This document shows positions 35,421 through 37,561 of a stretch of 37,561 nucleotides of DNA, in pieces. How positions within the stretch are numbered: the stretch's first letter is position 1; every line of letters begins with the position of its first letter. The position numbers and the translations under genes were made by a program. The notes below the pieces were generated by a model. That model was not told where the DNA came from, searched no databases, and worked only from the letters and a program-made list of their open reading frames with translations. This DNA is from an uncultured Actinomycetes bacterium. GTDB lineage: Bacteria; Actinomycetota; Actinomycetes; Nanopelagicales; Nanopelagicaceae. The stretch spans positions 1 through 37,561 of the forward strand of contig CAIXDY010000035.1 in the NCBI GenBank assembly GCA_903918325.1. The letters are read 5' to 3'.

Positions 35421-36728
35421 GTGATTCGCACAGTGGACCTTCGTGGACAGGTAATGTCAAAAGCTCAGTACAGCGCCGAGCTTCCGCGTGCCGTTTTGGA
35501 CATTGATGCAGCGATGAAATTAATCGAACCAATTCTGCACCGAGTAAAAACAGGTGACGAGACTGAACTTATCAAGTTAGCTCAAGAATTCGATGGTGTA
35601 GCACCGCAATCAATTCGCGTTCCACCGAGTGCAATTTCTGCTGCCCTCAATACGTTGGACCCAAAAGTTCGAACAGCCTTAGAGCTTTCAATCGAGCGCG
35701 TTAGAAAAGTCCATACCGATCAAATTCGCAGTGATAAAACCACCACGGTTGTAGAGGGTGGAACCGTAACTGAAAAATGGATTCCAGTAGATCGAGTTGG
35801 CCTTTATGTTCCTGGTGGTCAGGCGGTTTATCCCAGTAGTGTGATTATGAATGTTGTTCCGGCGCAAATTGCGAAAGTTTCATCAATCGCCGTTGCATCC
35901 CCGCCACAAAAAGATTTTGGCGGTTTACCTCACCCAACAATTCTTGCCGCTTGCGCACTTCTTGGCATCACTGAAGTTTTTGCGGTTGGGGGAGCCCAAG
36001 CGATTGCACTATTTGCTTACGGTATGGATGGTGTGTGCGAGAAATGTGATCTTGTTACGGGTCCTGGAAATATTTATGTAGCCGCTGCCAAGCGCGCATT
36101 ACGCGGTGTAATCGGAATTGATTCTGAAGCTGGACCTACAGAGATCGCGATTCTGGCCGATTCTTCTGCAATCGCTGCCGATGTTGCCGCTGATTTAATC
36201 AGCCAAGCTGAGCACGATGTAATGGCCGCTGCAGTTTTAGTTACTGACTCTATAGAACTCATGCAAGGTGTTAATGCCGAACTAAAAAAACGCGTAGCCG
36301 CTACTAAGCATTCAGATCGCATTACAAGTGCATTGACTTCAATTCAATCGGCAATTGTGCTCGTCGATGATATGTCGCAAGGAATTGACGTTGTTAATGC
36401 TTATGCTGCCGAGCACTTGGAAATTCAGACTAAAAATTCACACCACGATGCAGCCAAAATTCGTAATGCAGGCGCAGTCTTTATCGGCCGATTTTCACCT
36501 GTTTCACTTGGTGATTACTCTGCGGGTTCAAACCATGTACTGCCAACGGGCGGTTGTGCTTGTCATTCCAGCGGCTTATCTGTGCAAACTTTTTTGCGCG
36601 GATTACATTTCATTGAATACAGTCAAAGCGCTTTCAGCGATTTAGTTCCAACAGTAGTTACGTTGGCCAATTCTGAGGATCTACCTGCACACGGTGAAGC
36701 GATGACGGCCCGATTGGAAAATCTTTAA
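35421..36728 (+). CDS. hisD: Histidinol dehydrogenase
   Basis: [29 protein letters not shown] and [16 protein letters not shown] 35421 is preferred (TACAAT 6 nt upstream); TTG 35415 is the alternative. Confidence 0.96.
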   Translation: MIRTVDLRGQVMSKAQYSAELPRAVLDIDAAMKLIEPILHRVKTGDETELIKLAQEFDGVAPQSIRVPPSAISAALNTLDPKVRTALELSIERVRKVHTDQIRSDKTTTVVEGGTVTEKWIPVDRVGLYVPGGQAVYPSSVIMNVVPAQIAKVSSIAVASPPQKDFGGLPHPTILAACALLGITEVFAVGGAQAIALFAYGMDGVCEKCDLVTGPGNIYVAAAKRALRGVIGIDSEAGPTEIAILADSSAIAADVAADLISQAEHDVMAAAVLVTDSIELMQGVNAELKKRVAATKHSDRITSALTSIQSAIVLVDDMSQGIDVVNAYAAEHLEIQTKNSHHDAAKIRNAGAVFIGRFSPVSLGDYSAGSNHVLPTGGCACHSSGLSVQTFLRGLHFIEYSQSAFSDLVPTVVTLANSEDLPAHGEAMTARLENL

Positions 36729-37561
36729 ATGACTTGGCCACAATGGTTACCGCTGCGCACGGAGTTAAAACCACTCACTCCCTACGGCGCACCACAAGTT
36801 CCGGCGCGAGCTTCTCTCAATACAAATGAAAATCCATATTCACCATCGCCTGCACTTCAAAGGGCTATTGCTGATGCTGTTTTGAGACAAGCCGCTCAAC
36901 TCAATCGTTATCCCGATCGCGATGCAACCAAACTTCGCACACAATTATCTGAGTACATCAATGGTTTGAGTTCTACTTCTTTTAGCGCAGAAAATATTTG
37001 GGCGGCCAATGGAAGTAATGAGATCATTCAATCCATTTTCTTAGCTTTTGGAAGTGGCGTGGCTCTGGGTTTCACACCTTCATATTCAATGCACCCACTT
37101 ATCGCCAAAGTCACTGGTACTGCGTGGATAGATGGTGCACGAAATGCAGATTTCTCGCTCAATGTAAATGATGCACTAGCTCAAATTCAGCAACATAAAC
37201 CGGTTTTAACTTTCATTACTACCCCAAATAATCCAACTGGGGGGTCGATTGCAATTTCCGACATCCAACTACTAGCCGATGCAACGGCAATGGTTGGTGG
37301 GTTGTTAGTTGTTGATGAGGCTTACGCTGAATTTTCTCAGGAAGTATCGGCAGTTACTTTGATTAAAGATAACCCGCATGTTCTTGCTATCCGTACTATG
37401 AGTAAAGCTTTTGCTTTTGCTGGTGCACGAGTGGGTTATTTAGTCAGCGATACTGCAGTAAAAGATGCGATGTTAGTAGTCCGTCTGCCGTATCACCTCA
37501 GTGCGCTGACGCAAGCAGCAGCATCTGTAGCGATTGATTTCAAAGATGAACTACTTGGCAC
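36729..37561 (+). CDS. hisC: Histidinol-phosphate aminotransferase, truncated by the window end
   Basis: My translation: MTWPQWLPLR...PYGAPQ...LNTNENP...NRYPDR...NGSNE...PNNPTG...VDEAYAEF...RTMSKAFAFAGARVGY. Confidence 0.95.
   Translation, partial: MTWPQWLPLRTELKPLTPYGAPQVPARASLNTNENPYSPSPALQRAIADAVLRQAAQLNRYPDRDATKLRTQLSEYINGLSSTSFSAENIWAANGSNEIIQSIFLAFGSGVALGFTPSYSMHPLIAKVTGTAWIDGARNADFSLNVNDALAQIQQHKPVLTFITTPNNPTGGSIAISDIQLLADATAMVGGLLVVDEAYAEFSQEVSAVTLIKDNPHVLAIRTMSKAFAFAGARVGYLVSDTAVKDAMLVVRLPYHLSALTQAAASVAIDFKDELLG

Overview
Gene-dense, moderate-GC actinobacterial chromosome segment with tiny or overlapping intergenic spacers. Gene order and compactness suggest a streamlined freshwater lineage such as acI/Nanopelagicales (inference). 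Left part (1-9.5 kb): partial iron-type alcohol dehydrogenase, a STAS-less SulP permease, an MFS transporter, DoxX, then a damage-inducible polymerase cassette (small DUF6504-like ORF, dnaE2, dinB) and DUF3040. The cassette has no imuA/imuB and is preceded by a PafBC-type (RecA-NDp) promoter that directly abuts a perfect LexA box. Middle (9.6-26.3 kb): dcw cluster from mraZ to yggT, with eight MraZ-type repeats, the mraW RNA motif and an FtsR-like operator. divIVA/wag31 is absent from its usual position. Right: convergent ileS (IleRS2 with a GxHH motif, translational T-box), a histone-like/DksA fusion (DdbA-like), lspA, an RluA-family synthase, dnaE1, hisD and partial hisC. I saw no mobile elements, CRISPR arrays, tRNAs or rRNAs. 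The best candidate for an under-described system is the ImuA/ImuB-free mutasome-like cassette. All family assignments come from motif recognition, not database searches.
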